From contig OZ281500.1 of the NCBI GenBank assembly GCA_965637545.1, positions 3,534,001-3,598,000 on the forward strand: DNA of 64,000 nucleotides. The letters run 5' to 3'. Within the stretch, counting starts at the first letter, position 1. The number at the start of each line of letters is the position of its first letter. The DNA comes from Phallusia mammillata. Its lineage: Eukaryota. The notes beneath the pieces were generated by a model. That model was not told where the DNA came from, searched no databases, and was given only the letters and a program-made list of their open reading frames with translations. The translations under genes were made by a program, and so were the position numbers. This document shows positions 51,253-62,489 of this stretch, one piece after another.

Positions 51253-52815
51253 CTGAACAATCACGAAAGAGTTCGATTGAAATGAAAAACTGACCAGAGC
51301 TAGCATATTGCTTGCTGTGGGATTATTAATTCTTGAAGAATTTTAATACTGTTTCACATTGCCAACGGCCTAGACAACGCTAGCACACGTTGCAGAAGTG
51401 TTTTTTTTTGGGGGCTCAATGCAAGGTAGTCTCGTACATTAATTATATAAATCACTTATAATTGTGATTCTTGCAAAAATTAAGCTTATATTAAGCTAAA
51501 TTTTAATTGCAAACTGTATATCCGTCCGCAGGACTTTGACAGATAAATTTTGTTTGTAGCTGCTTTACTGACCGTTAAATGTATTGCTTAACAACAAAAT
51601 TTTCTGCTGATTTGAAGTTTGATATTTTCAAATTCATTGCATTGTTCGCTGTGATAAGGAATAATAAAAAGAATGTCGTTCGGTACTTGGCTGTTATAAA
51701 GTTTTAACTACCTTTATATCATAATTAAATCATCAAAATAAGCTCATTGTTTAATAAGTGAAATGTCAAGCTTGTAAAATGACTTTACATTCGTTTACAC
51801 AAGTACGCCGCTGTTGTTTCCCAAACGAACTTAAGCTGGTAATGGCCGCTGACGCAGCTAACAAGCACCTAAACATTATACGTTTGCACATGCTCAATAA
51901 ACAATAAATTGCTCAGGTAGCATGTGTATCAGAACTTGACTTGTTGGTACATGTTGATATAAGCTGCAGCTATGCCCCAATTAACCTCCAGCATGTAAAT
52001 ATGTGACAACATGTTACAAATATGCAGGCAAGATTTGGGGTTTGTGTAAACTTGTCAAATGCATCACCCTGATTTAGGTTAGCGATATTTGTACTTTGTT
52101 ATGTACACCAAATTAAAACTTCTGAGACCATAATTTCGCAACGTAAAAATGTTTGGTACCTGATAAAACAGCTGATTGATGTACAGTTTCTTTTCATTGT
52201 TCAACAGGAAAAAGCGCCAACCAAAACGTTGAACCATACTGGTGTTGCTCAATTCAGCCTCCATATTAAGTATTCCAGCAGATTGATCACGTTTGTTGTT
52301 TACACAAAACAATATCCTGAAGTTGGTAGCACGATGTCAGGCTTCATAGTGCGTCACATGCACAGCATTGCTCAAAATAAAAGTTCTTTTGCACTTTTCA
52401 GTAGGTAAAGATCCAGAAAGCAATCAACAACCTTAATGAAGAACAATGATCGCGAAATAGGGCGTGACAAACTGTGCACCGATTATAGGGCATGACAAAA
52501 ACCAGAAGTTAAGGAATAAATCAGATTCGTGTTTTTTGGGCTTTGAAATGAACAAGACATTGATTTTAAAGTATCCTTGCCAAAGAAGAAACATCTTCAG
52601 CCTTTCATCATACCAAACCTGGGTGGATAGATGGCACCTGGTTAACAATACAGGCATGAAGATGTAGCAATGCGTATTTAAGGTTATAAAGACACAGAAA
52701 AGACAACATAAATGCCAGTGTTTTACTTTGTATTTTCTGATGTCATAAATTTGATCAAATCAGACACAATTATTGACATAAAATAATGATGCATAACATG
52801 ACAAAAATCAAAATA

Positions 52816-52920
52816 CCGTATTTACTCGATTGTAAGCCGCGGCTTATATTGTTTTTTAGCTGCCGTTTGTGTGGCTTATAATCGAGGGCGGCTTACAATC
52901 GAGGGCGGCTTATATTTTAA
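52816..52920. mobile_element. Tc1/mariner superfamily (Tc2/pogo-like) terminal fragment
   Basis: TA followed by CCGTATTTACTCGA and repeated ggcttat/gcggcttaca subterminal motifs. The other end was not confidently located. Confidence 0.55.
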
Positions 52921-54306
52921 TTTTATACCGGAATTATTTTTACACTCCAACATTTAAATTATTTGGGGTTCAAAACATGTATGCGTGTACAGATTATACG
53001 TCGATATACGTTCTGTTGGGTACAGTTATCAACGTAACTGGAAAAATAGTCATACCAAAAAAATTTAGAGAAAATTTTATTCATGATATCCTCATATAAC
53101 ATGTATTATGAGAACTGGGAAGTATCAGCTGAAATTAAAATAAACAAATAAAAATGCCATTATGGAAATAACATTTTTCACAAAACAAATCTTTGCTTGT
53201 ATGCTGTCCAGGTGGATTAGTTGAAGAATCTTTTCCAATTTTGTTTTCCATTGGTTGTTGCATGTAACAATTTTAGTTGTATTTGTTCACACTGTCTTTT
53301 TTCAAAAATGGATTTGCTGTTGTGCTTCATGGTAATTCTTGTAAAAAAAATGATATGTAGTCCTTGATTGATGCAAAAAATATATTTAGGACTGAAAAGT
53401 GTCAAAGAAATGATAAAATATAAAAAGCAGAATAAAAGATTGTACAATACCTCATAAGATATTGTCAAAAGCTTTTAACATCAAAATACAGTATGTAAAG
53501 AATGACGTCACTATTACGTCATCACTTTTTTGACGTTGGAGGAACATATTCAAACTATTTATTCCAATTTTAGATGACTATACATCACAACCTTTGTATC
53601 TTTCGGGACTTAAGTAGGCTACATGTATATCTGCTGGAAAATTTACCCGCTAAAACCTGATTTAAACTCCATCTCATGTTCATCAGTTCCATTTAAACAT
53701 TATAAGTTGAGCGCAGTTATAGTTTTATTCAAAATTTTGCAGAATTTGCAAAATCAAACACCGCAAAAGTATTCAAATTAATCATTTTATAAATCAGCCC
53801 CTTAAGGCGCAATGCAAAATTCGCGCTAATTTTGCCCCATTTTTGAGTTGAGTTGAGTTTATTTCGCTCGGTGAAAAAATCGTATAGTAACACAATTGCA
53901 CTAAAATATTCACCTTGCCGGAGATAGCTGCGCAACGTTGAGACGTTAAAGAATGCGACACTGTAGAGGGCACAGTTGGTGGAGATATGAGAAACGCGCT
54001 GCAGCTACACCGTTATTATGAGCGTTATGTGACGGGGACTCACATCAGAGGGTGAGGTTGGCGCATTAGGACGTCAAGACTGGGGGTGAAACGTTGGTGG
54101 AACCAGTCAGGTTAGGACCTAATCTAACCACCCGTGTTAGGGAAAGAGGGTGGAAACCCTGCCGGATAGTTTCGAGCGCCGGAAGAAAGGGTGAAGAACA
54201 CACATTGTGGGTGTTAACCTTTGAATTTGTTAAAAATTCTAAAACTTGAAAACTAGTCGTAGTTCGCATTGGACTACATAAAAATAGATAACAGATTGAT
54301 GTAAAG

Positions 54307-56512
54307 CAGTGGTTCCCAACCTTTTTGTTGTCGCGTACCACTTGAAGGCAACGCATTGTTGCCGCGTACCACTTGTTTTTAGAGAAGTATTTTCGAGAAG
54401 ATAACTTTTTTATTTCCCGAATCGACTAATGCAAATGTAACGAAGAAGTAAAAATGAAGAAAAGATAAATTTAATGAGCAATCTGTATTTGTTTGCCTTC
54501 TACAAGTCGATCGATGCGGGGCACAACTTTGCTTACTGCACATCGGAAATAATGGCCGGGGGAAGTAAGGCGGTTACGACTCTTCTTCTTGATATTCATC
54601 ATTGAAGAGAATCCCTGCTCGCACTCCCACGTAGAGGGGAATATTAGTAACTGGGGTGTAGCGCGACCGGCTAATGTGGGATACGAGGAGGCCATATTCA
54701 GCCAAAAAACTGTAGGAGAATATTCCTTGTGCATTGCCTGTGTAGTGTCGTCAGCCTGAATATCGATGAGCTGCTCTTGCTCCCCAGTTCCAACAGGTAG
54801 GTCGGCTGGGTCCACAGAGAATGGGTTAGTGATGCAGGGACAGCAATCCACATCCGGGAAGTAATGAGTAAGCTCAGCTTTTAGTACCGTGAAGTGGCAT
54901 AATATCTCATCATCACTTTGGCCATTGTATCCTCTCGGAAGATTACTAAGTAGTTCGAACATTCCATAGCGCTTGTTTTTTACGTTATTTGACCAAAGTT
55001 CCAGCTTGCGCACAAATGCCCGAAGCCTTGAGATAAACTGAGTGACAGTGCACTGCAGTCAGTTCCTTGCATTGATAGGTTCAGGTGGTTGATGACCCCA
55101 AAAATATCAGAGAGGTAAGCCAACCTTACGATAAACATTTCATCCTCAAAGTCTTTTTGAAATTCATGGCCCTTTTGTTTGAAAAAAAACGTATAATTCT
55201 TCTTTCAGTTCGAAAAGGCGTCAGGTCGCGTTGCTTCGGAAAAGCCAACGCACCTCCGTATAGTAAAGGAGACAAGTGTGTTGAGAGCCCAGATCTTCGC
55301 AGAGTAGTTTGAACAATCGAGTATTCAAGGCAGACGTTTTCACTGCATTAACCATTTTTACAACCCGGTTTAAACAGGCTAACAAATTTGGCGGCAGCAC
55401 TTTAGCGCAAAGGGCGAATCTGTGTATAAAACAATGGACAAAGATGACGTTTGGCGACACAGCTTTTACATGGGCTTGAAATCCGGATTTACGGCCAAGC
55501 ATAGCCGGAGCCCCATCAGTCGTGCAGCCAACCAACTTCCCCCACTCTAGTTCATTCCGCTTGAAAAAGTCGTTCAAAACATTAAAAATATCCACTCCTT
55601 TGGTTGTGGCTTGAAGGTCTGACTTAACAGTAATTCGGTATTTACAAGTTGAATTGCAAACCCATACTTTGAAGATCTCACTGCTGCAACAACTTGGTCG
55701 GCAATGTCGATCGACATTTCCTCAATACGACGCTTCACAGTGTTATTAGACAGGGACACACTGGACAACTTGGCCTCCGCCTCCACCCCGATCACGTTTC
55801 GAATCAAGATTTTCGCCGCTGGCGTAATTAGAGACTCAGCAATTGTATGCGCATTCATGTTTTGGGCAACCAGGAGGGAAACTTCAAATGAAGCTTTTAC
55901 ATTCCCAGAGCTGCTCTGGTACACGGCGCCTGTTTTATCAATGCGTTGCTGTTTAGCTTTTTCTCAAAGGCGCTGAAAGTAGCTAAGATCTTGGTCCTTT
56001 TTTGTAGGATGGTTTGTTTCAAGATGCCGCTTGAGCAGACTTGGTTTCATGGCACTATTCGAGAGCGTCTTCATGCAAACCATGCACTGCGAGACAACCT
56101 CGCCTCTGTGTTCAATTTGTACGAATCCATATTTTAGATAACCCGTGTCATACTTTCGCTTCGACATTTTTCGAAATCAAATTGGTAAAACGTTTGTAAC
56201 GCACTTTCTACAGTAGACTACAACTCTCAAGCACACTAATTCAACTACAGGCGTATTATCCCTACGTTTGTTATTGTTACCACGAAATAATAAGAACAAA
56301 GACATATTATTTTCAAACAATGCCTACCTTACTGGTGGCACCTTAAATGGGTTAGTTGGAGCAAACATAGAAGTGACACGTAACCCGGTGGATTCAGTAA
56401 CAGACATTTTGTTATCACTTCTGATTTGTGTGCAAAAAAACGGAAATCGCAAAATACCAAAAGGTGTTCGCGTACCACTAGTGGTACGCGTACCACCGGT
56501 TGGGAAACACTG
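54307..56512 (-). mobile_element. Buster-type hAT DNA transposon, 2206 bp, defective transposase (copy A)
   Basis: TIRs cagtggttcccaacc / ggttgggaaacactg (14/15). Perfect TSD atgtaaag (54299-54306, 56513-56520). Transposase 56167 to 54471 with BED finger (C-x2-C...H-x4-H), TTDGAPAMLG, HCFIHR, STWECEQGFS. Premature stops, frameshifts and loss of the DEST catalytic region. Confidence 0.96.
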
Positions 56513-57050
56513 ATGTAAAGGAACACTTCCTCTATAAATGTACACGATTAGTAAAAAGAAAAAAAGAAAAAAAAATCGAAATTCAGAAGCAACATGTATT
56601 CGGTCGAGGGCATCGAAGGGGGACGTGGGTCGCAGTATCAAATCCATCCAGGTTGTTCGACAGCTGTCTGTAAAAATATTGGCAGCAAGTCAACTGCTCG
56701 AGCAATTACCAGACAACAATCACACAACGCAAGTGGTTTTGTTAGTTAACACACGTGCACACACATACTAAAACAGGTGTTCGTGACAAACCAAACTTTT
56801 ATAGTGTAGGCTATAGGTGTATTATCAAAAAAATACAGATTATAAAGTCGTAGCTTGGCAACTTAATCGACCACGTAATTTGTGGCGAACTTTCACTCCG
56901 AAAAATTTGCATTTATTGTTTGCTGTTGAAGTTACTTTTATTGCGTCACAATGCGCATTGTTGCGTATCCCAACTTTTACATTGTTACGTCACAATCTGA
57001 CCCGTGCTTCAAGAGTCAGTCAGTAATGTTTCTTGGTTCATTGAGATACA

Positions 57051-57123
57051 TCTGGTATCAGAGACTCGCGCAAAAGCAGTAAAAACTCTGGTATCAGAGA
57101 CTCGCGCATTTTGCAGTAAAAAC
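57051..57123. repeat. 36/37-bp tandem duplication
   Basis: tctggtatcagagactcgcgca-aaa-gcagtaaaaac followed by tctggtatcagagactcgcgca-tttt-gcagtaaaaac. Confidence 0.85.
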
Positions 57124-57232
57124 ATCTTCCGCACCCTGCAGTGATATAGATTATGCCCAACAGGAAACAAAAAGCAAGTAACGCTAACAGAACTTTCCAA
57201 GAAAGGTTGACATGTGACTTTAGGTCCCTGTA

Positions 57233-57588
57233 AGATCAGTAATTTCTGACAGCCAGATGGAAAAATTGCTTCGCATTGCTCCATCGACCATCCCACCGAA
57301 TATTGCCAAACTTGTTAAAGAAGAACAGTGCCAAACTTCACATTAAAAAGTCGCCGTGTAGTAAAAATTTTGTTGACTTTACTATATCTTGGTATGTTTA
57401 TTGTTCCTATAACTGTAAACGACGATAATACACATTTCTAAGATTAGAATTTCGGTGTGAGGATTTTAATTAGAAATTATAAGACAGCTATTTCTAAGAT
57501 TCCAAATTAGCAGCAAAAACTCAAGTGGCCCGCGCAATCTTTCGTAAACCGCATGTGACCCTTTGGCTAAAAAGGTTGGACACCCCTG
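57233..57588 (+). mobile_element. 3' remnant of a second hAT family (SPIN/Charlie/GTF2IRD2-like transposase C-terminus plus TIR)
   Basis: 57233-57346 reads RSVISDSQMEKLLRIAPSTIPPNIAKLVKEEQCQTSH*. It ends in ggcccgcg subterminal motifs and TIR aggttggacacccctg, with TA-centred flank ttgtagac. No left TIR found. Confidence 0.75.
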
Positions 57589-57869
57589 TTGTAGACTGTA
57601 GTAGTGTAGTCTAGCCTGGCTAGTGCTAAAAAAACGCGGCTGTGCGGTTACGTATTGTCACTATATAACCAATACAGACATCAGACAGGAAGGTGCCGCC
57701 TAAAATGCCTCATGTAGTGTTTTTATCGGAATGTTTTGTGGTTTCTCATACACAGTGTGGTGCTAGGAATGAATAGATTCACAGAAACAAATCCAGGCTT
57801 TAGTTTTAGTTACTGTTTACTGTCATTTAGTTTGACACAAACAAACAACACAAGAAGGTTATTTCTAAA

Positions 57870-57943
57870 TTTTATTATACGGTCCGGTAATGAACTCGTT
57901 GCGGACCGATACCGGGCCGCGGGCCGGCGGTTGCCGACCACTG
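57870..57943. mobile_element. Single-ended fragment of the 50153 hAT MITE family
   Basis: Reverse complement of the 50153 left end, ending in cggcggttgccgaccactg. Confidence 0.8.
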
Positions 57944-58776
57944 GCTTATCGGATCAATTCGAACTTTTCATGTTTTAGCCTCTCATGCATATCTTCAAAA
58001 TAAGGCATCGCACGATGTTCTAACTACGTAGCGATTAAAAATTATGACAAATGTCGAAAATCAACCTAAATTTTTTTTATTGCATCGTATAATTTATTGC
58101 ATCAACTTAAATTGCATGGTTCGTTTTACAGCAGCGATTTGTTTTAAACATCAATGATGACATGCGCGCTTCTGCAAATGACAAAGCCTACAGCTGCAGT
58201 ATTTAATATGGCATTTAGTGTTGATGTGTAAACTAGAAGTACATTAAACTTTCTCTAGAAGCTTGCACGAAAAACACGCCAATTAGCATTTAGCTTATTT
58301 TGATGTACTGTAATTTAATGTAGTGACTCAACATGGGGCAGATAATACTGTTGTTTTGTTAAGGTGCCTTATTTTCGGTGGTTAGTTTCTGGTAGCAAAT
58401 TGGAAGTAATCTACAAGATGGATGTTGCAATAAACCTGCTGGATAAAGATAAAGACATGAAAGTCCAAGTGAAACAGAGCAGCACCGCTTCGGGAGAAAA
58501 GGGAAGGTAGTTAAATTTCTTTCTTAAAGAAACTAGATAAAATGTGCATACTTTGCCGACTTTTTGCCAGTCATGTGTATTGTAAATCTGGTGTGTTTTT
58601 ACCACATTGATACGCGTAAGAAATTCTAATTACAGGCAGTCTTGGGGAAGCAACGTTCAACCCTTTCTAGCCCATCTCGGTGCTGTTATAGGTCTCGGAA
58701 ACATATGGAGATTTCCGTATATCGTTTATGCATACGGCGGAGGTACGAATAAATGTTCGTGTTATATGACATAATG

Positions 58777-58900
58777 CAGAGGTCGGCAACCTTTTTTGCA
58801 CAGTGCATCGGTTTGAAACTGAAAATTCTCGGGCCGGCCTTTAAAAACCACAAATGTTCGGCACTGAAAACTAATACAGTTATTACAACTTTGATTCAAT
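58777..58900. mobile_element. Single-ended hAT MITE fragment in an SLC6-2 intron
   Basis: Starts cagaggtcggcaacc and matches the reverse complement of the right half of 62293-62489. Confidence 0.7.
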
Positions 58901-59307
58901 ACTAAAATTACCCTTTGCAGGGGCTTTTTTGATTCCTTACCTTGTATTTGTGATCTTTGGTGGATTTCCACTTTTGTTTCTTGAAGTTGCAATGGGCCAA
59001 TATACACGTGAAGCTGCAATAAATATGTGGAACATCGCACCCATCATGAAGGTAGCTGAATTTGTATGTTTTTCGGTGTTGTAAACGTAAAAAAATCATG
59101 CTTTTTAGGGTGTCGGATTTGCCTGTAGCCTACAGTGCTCGTTTTGTACAGCAATGTTTATTACATTACCGTTATGGCCTGGTCAATATTCTACTTTGTA
59201 CATTCTTTAACGACCAGTGTGTTACCATGGATGCACTGTGGTAAGCCAAATGAAATGTTGAATGACATAGCCATAACATTGTTTTTATTTTTGATGTATT
59301 TTATCCC

Positions 59308-60776
59308 ACGCCTGTAGTTGAATTAGTGTGCTTGAGAGTTGTAGTCTACTGTAGAAAGTGCGTTACAAACGTTTTACCAATTTGATTTCGAAAAATGTCG
59401 AAGCGAAAGTATGACACGGGTTATCTAAAATATGGATTCGTACAAATTGAACACAGAGGCGAGGTTGTCTCGCAGTGCCTGGTTTGCATGAAGACGCTCT
59501 CGAATAGTGCCATGAAACCAAGTCTGCTCAAGCGGCATCTTGAAACAAACCATCCTACAAAAAAGGACCAAGATCTTAGCTACTTTCAGCGCCTTGGAGA
59601 AAAAGCTAAACAGCAACGCATTGATAAAACAGGCGCCGTGTACCAGAGCAGCTCTGGGAATGTAAAAGCTTCATTTGAAGTTTCCCTCCTGGTTGCCCAA
59701 AACATGAATGCGCATACAATTGCTGAGTCTCTAATTATGCCAGCGGCGAAAATCTTGATTCGAAACGTGATCGGGGTGGAGGCGGAGGCCAAGTTGTCCA
59801 GTGTGTCCCTGTCTAATAACACTGTGAAGCGTCGTATTGAGGAAATGTCGATCGACATTGCCGACCAAGTTGTTGCAGCAGTGAGATCTTCAAAGTATGG
59901 GTTTGCAATTCAACTTGTAAACCGAATTACTGTTAAGTCAGACCTTCAAGCCACAACCAAAGGAGTGGATATTTTTAATGTTTTGAACGACTTTTTCAAG
60001 CGGAATGAACTAGAGTGGGGGAAGTTGGTTGGCTGCACGACTGATGGGGCTCCGGCTATGCTTGGCCGTAAATCCGGATTTCAAGCCCATGTAAAAGCTG
60101 TGTCGCCAAACGTCATCTTTGTCCATTGTTTTATACACAGATTCGCCCTTTGCGCTAAAGTGCTGCCGCCAAATTTGTTAGCCTGTTTATACCGGGTTGT
60201 AAAAATGGTTAATGCAGTGAAAACGTCTGCCTTGAATACTCGATTGTTCAAACTGCTCTGCGAAGATCTGGGCTCTCAACACACTTGTCTCCTTTACTAT
60301 ACGGAGGTGCGTTGGCTTTTCCGAAGCAACGCGACCTGACGCCTTTTCGAACTGAAAGAAGAATTATACGTTTTTTTTTCAAACAAAAGGGCCATGAATT
60401 TCAAAAAGACTTTGAGGATGAAATGTTTATCGTAAGGTTGGCTTACCTCTCTGATATTTTTGGGGTCATCAACCACCTGAACCTACCAATGCAAGGAACT
60501 GACTGCAGTGCACTGTCACTCAGTTTATCTCAAGGCTACGGGCATTTGTGCGCAAGCTGGAACTTTGGTCAAATAACGTAAAAAACAAGCGCTATGGAAT
60601 GTTCGAACTACTTAGTAATCTTCCGGGAGGATACAATGGCCAAAGTGATGATGAGATATTATGCCACTTCACGGTACTAAAAGCTGAGCTTACTCATTAC
60701 TTCCCGGATGTGGATTGCTGTCCCTGCATCACTAACCCATTCTCTGTGGACCCAGCCGACCTACCTGTTGGAACTG
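59308..60776 (+). mobile_element. TIR-less internal copy of the Buster hAT element (copy B), inverted relative to copy A
   Basis: Matches 54785-56254 (reverse complement) with roughly 9-10 differences seen by eye. No TIR or 8-bp TSD at either end. Contains ORF 59395-60339 (314 aa). Confidence 0.93.
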
Positions 60777-61963
60777 TGTTTTATTTTAGGCAAAACGTTG
60801 TTGCTTAACATAAAGGTCAAAAATAAACTAGACGAAAGCCACGATAAATGGTCAATAAACGGTAATTTTTTGAAACATACGAAATATATAAGAATACCAC
60901 CTTTCTAGTTGCCTATCATTGCATTCAGTCCGTTTCGATAAGAACTTTCGAGACCTGAAAACGTTCAAACACGTAAAAGGACGAATAATAAAAAGGACGA
61001 ATCTCGACCTTTTTGTGGTTAACAGTGAAGTCTTAAAACAGTTTTTGTCCTTTTCAGCAAATATGTTCTGCGAAAATCAGCCGGTTTGCATGAATTGGGT
61101 TCACTGAACAACTGGCCCATGGTGCTGTGTCTTGCAGCAGATTGGATGATCGTGTATTTTTGCGTATTTAAAGGCGTGAAATGGTCTGGAAAGGTGAGAG
61201 TTCGGTTGTTAAATGGCAAGATGTTAGTAGTCTTCGAATTCAAAATTACAAAGTTGTGGTGGAAATTCGTACATATGGCGCGGGTTTGTTTCCTACATTT
61301 TTAGTCTGGTTGAAAAAGTCCAAATTTGCACACACACTAAATTAATTAATTATGTAGCCATTTTGTAGAATGGGGCACAAATTGCCTTGATAATTAAGCT
61401 TTTATTTCTTTTTACTAGCCGTTACAAAATTTGCAGTATATGCAAATGGGAGTTTCAGTCAGTGGAAACAACCGTGTTATCTACGAATATGTCAAAACAC
61501 ATGAAAACTCAGTTCACTGTAACCAATTCAATGAAACTAACAGATCCATCATTATTGTCATAATTTTCAAAATACCCGCTTTAGAAAGGCCCTTATTTGT
61601 ATCAAATCTAAGGAACTAAGATGCGATGCTATCAGAATAAGTATTTTATCCATTTAAAACCACAACACAATACAAATCATGATTTTAATGTGCGTTTGGG
61701 TGCGGTGCATCGTCTGCATATACACTCGTGGCGCCTGTCAAAGGCAATTCGCTGCTTTCCTGTCACAAACAATAGAGCGTTGTTTTCTGTTCATATTTCT
61801 GGAAAATTAATTTATTGTTTCCTTCCATTAAAAACAGGATTGTAGAGTTTCTATTGTCTTTTTCCGTCCGGATAATACCGGATGCTGAATGTAATTCATC
61901 ACTTTTTTAAACCGATATATGACAGTATCATTTTGTGGCTAATCCACAAATAACAACCTAAAC

Positions 61964-62185
61964 CAGTAGTTCTGAAACTGTACGTCGCGACGCCCTGGTG
62001 CGTCGTTTCAATTTTCCAAGGGCGTCGCAGAATAGTTCCTTTTCGTGGCTTTTTGTTGTTGCACTTGCATCAATAAACACAACTTTAAAAATAAGTTTCC
62101 TCATTAACTTGTATTTCTGGTGCGTCGCAAGTCCTGAAAAACTTGTCCAGGGGCGTCGCAACAATGAAAAGTTTGAGAACCACTG
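61964..62185. mobile_element. hAT (Buster-type) MITE, 222 bp
   Basis: TIRs cagtagttctgaaact / agtttgagaaccactg (14/16). Perfect TSD acctaaac (61956-61963, 62186-62193). gcgtcgc subrepeats. Confidence 0.92.
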
Positions 62186-62292
62186 ACCTAAACCATTGTG
62201 TAGAATTAGAAATGGAATTTTAAAGTTAAACCACAGATTAACTAAAACGAAATTTAGATTGTAGTTTAAATCGGCAGGGGAATGCTTGAGCG

Positions 62293-62489
62293 CAGTGGTC
62301 GGCAACCACTAGGCCGCGGTGTCACATAACTCTTGGTCATGACCTTGCAAGGTTTCACATTAAATCAAAGTTATAATAACTGTAATTAGTTTTCAGTGCC
62401 GTACAAATATGAGGCTTTTAAAGGCCTGCCCGTGAAAAAAGTTTCAGTTTCAAACCGGTCCGCAGTGCAGAAAAGGTTGCGAACCCCTG
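62293..62489. mobile_element. hAT MITE related to the 50153 family (older copy)
   Basis: TIRs cagtggtcggcaacc / ggttgcgaacccctg. Flanks only 5/8 identical. Confidence 0.8.

Noticed and set aside
54110-54142. Telomerase RNA template (cctaatctaacc, ttaggg)
   Set aside because: Does not give the 1.5 exact CUAACC-repeat template expected for TTAGGG telomeres.
7741-59132. Possible window-wide enrichment of TAGGCTA/TAGCCTA footprints
   Set aside because: A by-eye count gave 8 sites, about the chance expectation at an estimated 35% GC. No enrichment can be claimed without a computed test.
59915-59940. GT...AG mini-intron at the transposase deletion point
   Set aside because: Only 21-23 nt, and better explained as residual TELLLSQ coding sequence after an internal deletion.
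60790-60972. Candidate replacement EL2 exons after copy B
   Set aside because: No WN or Cys motif, and the available donors give phase 1 or 0 rather than the required phase 2.
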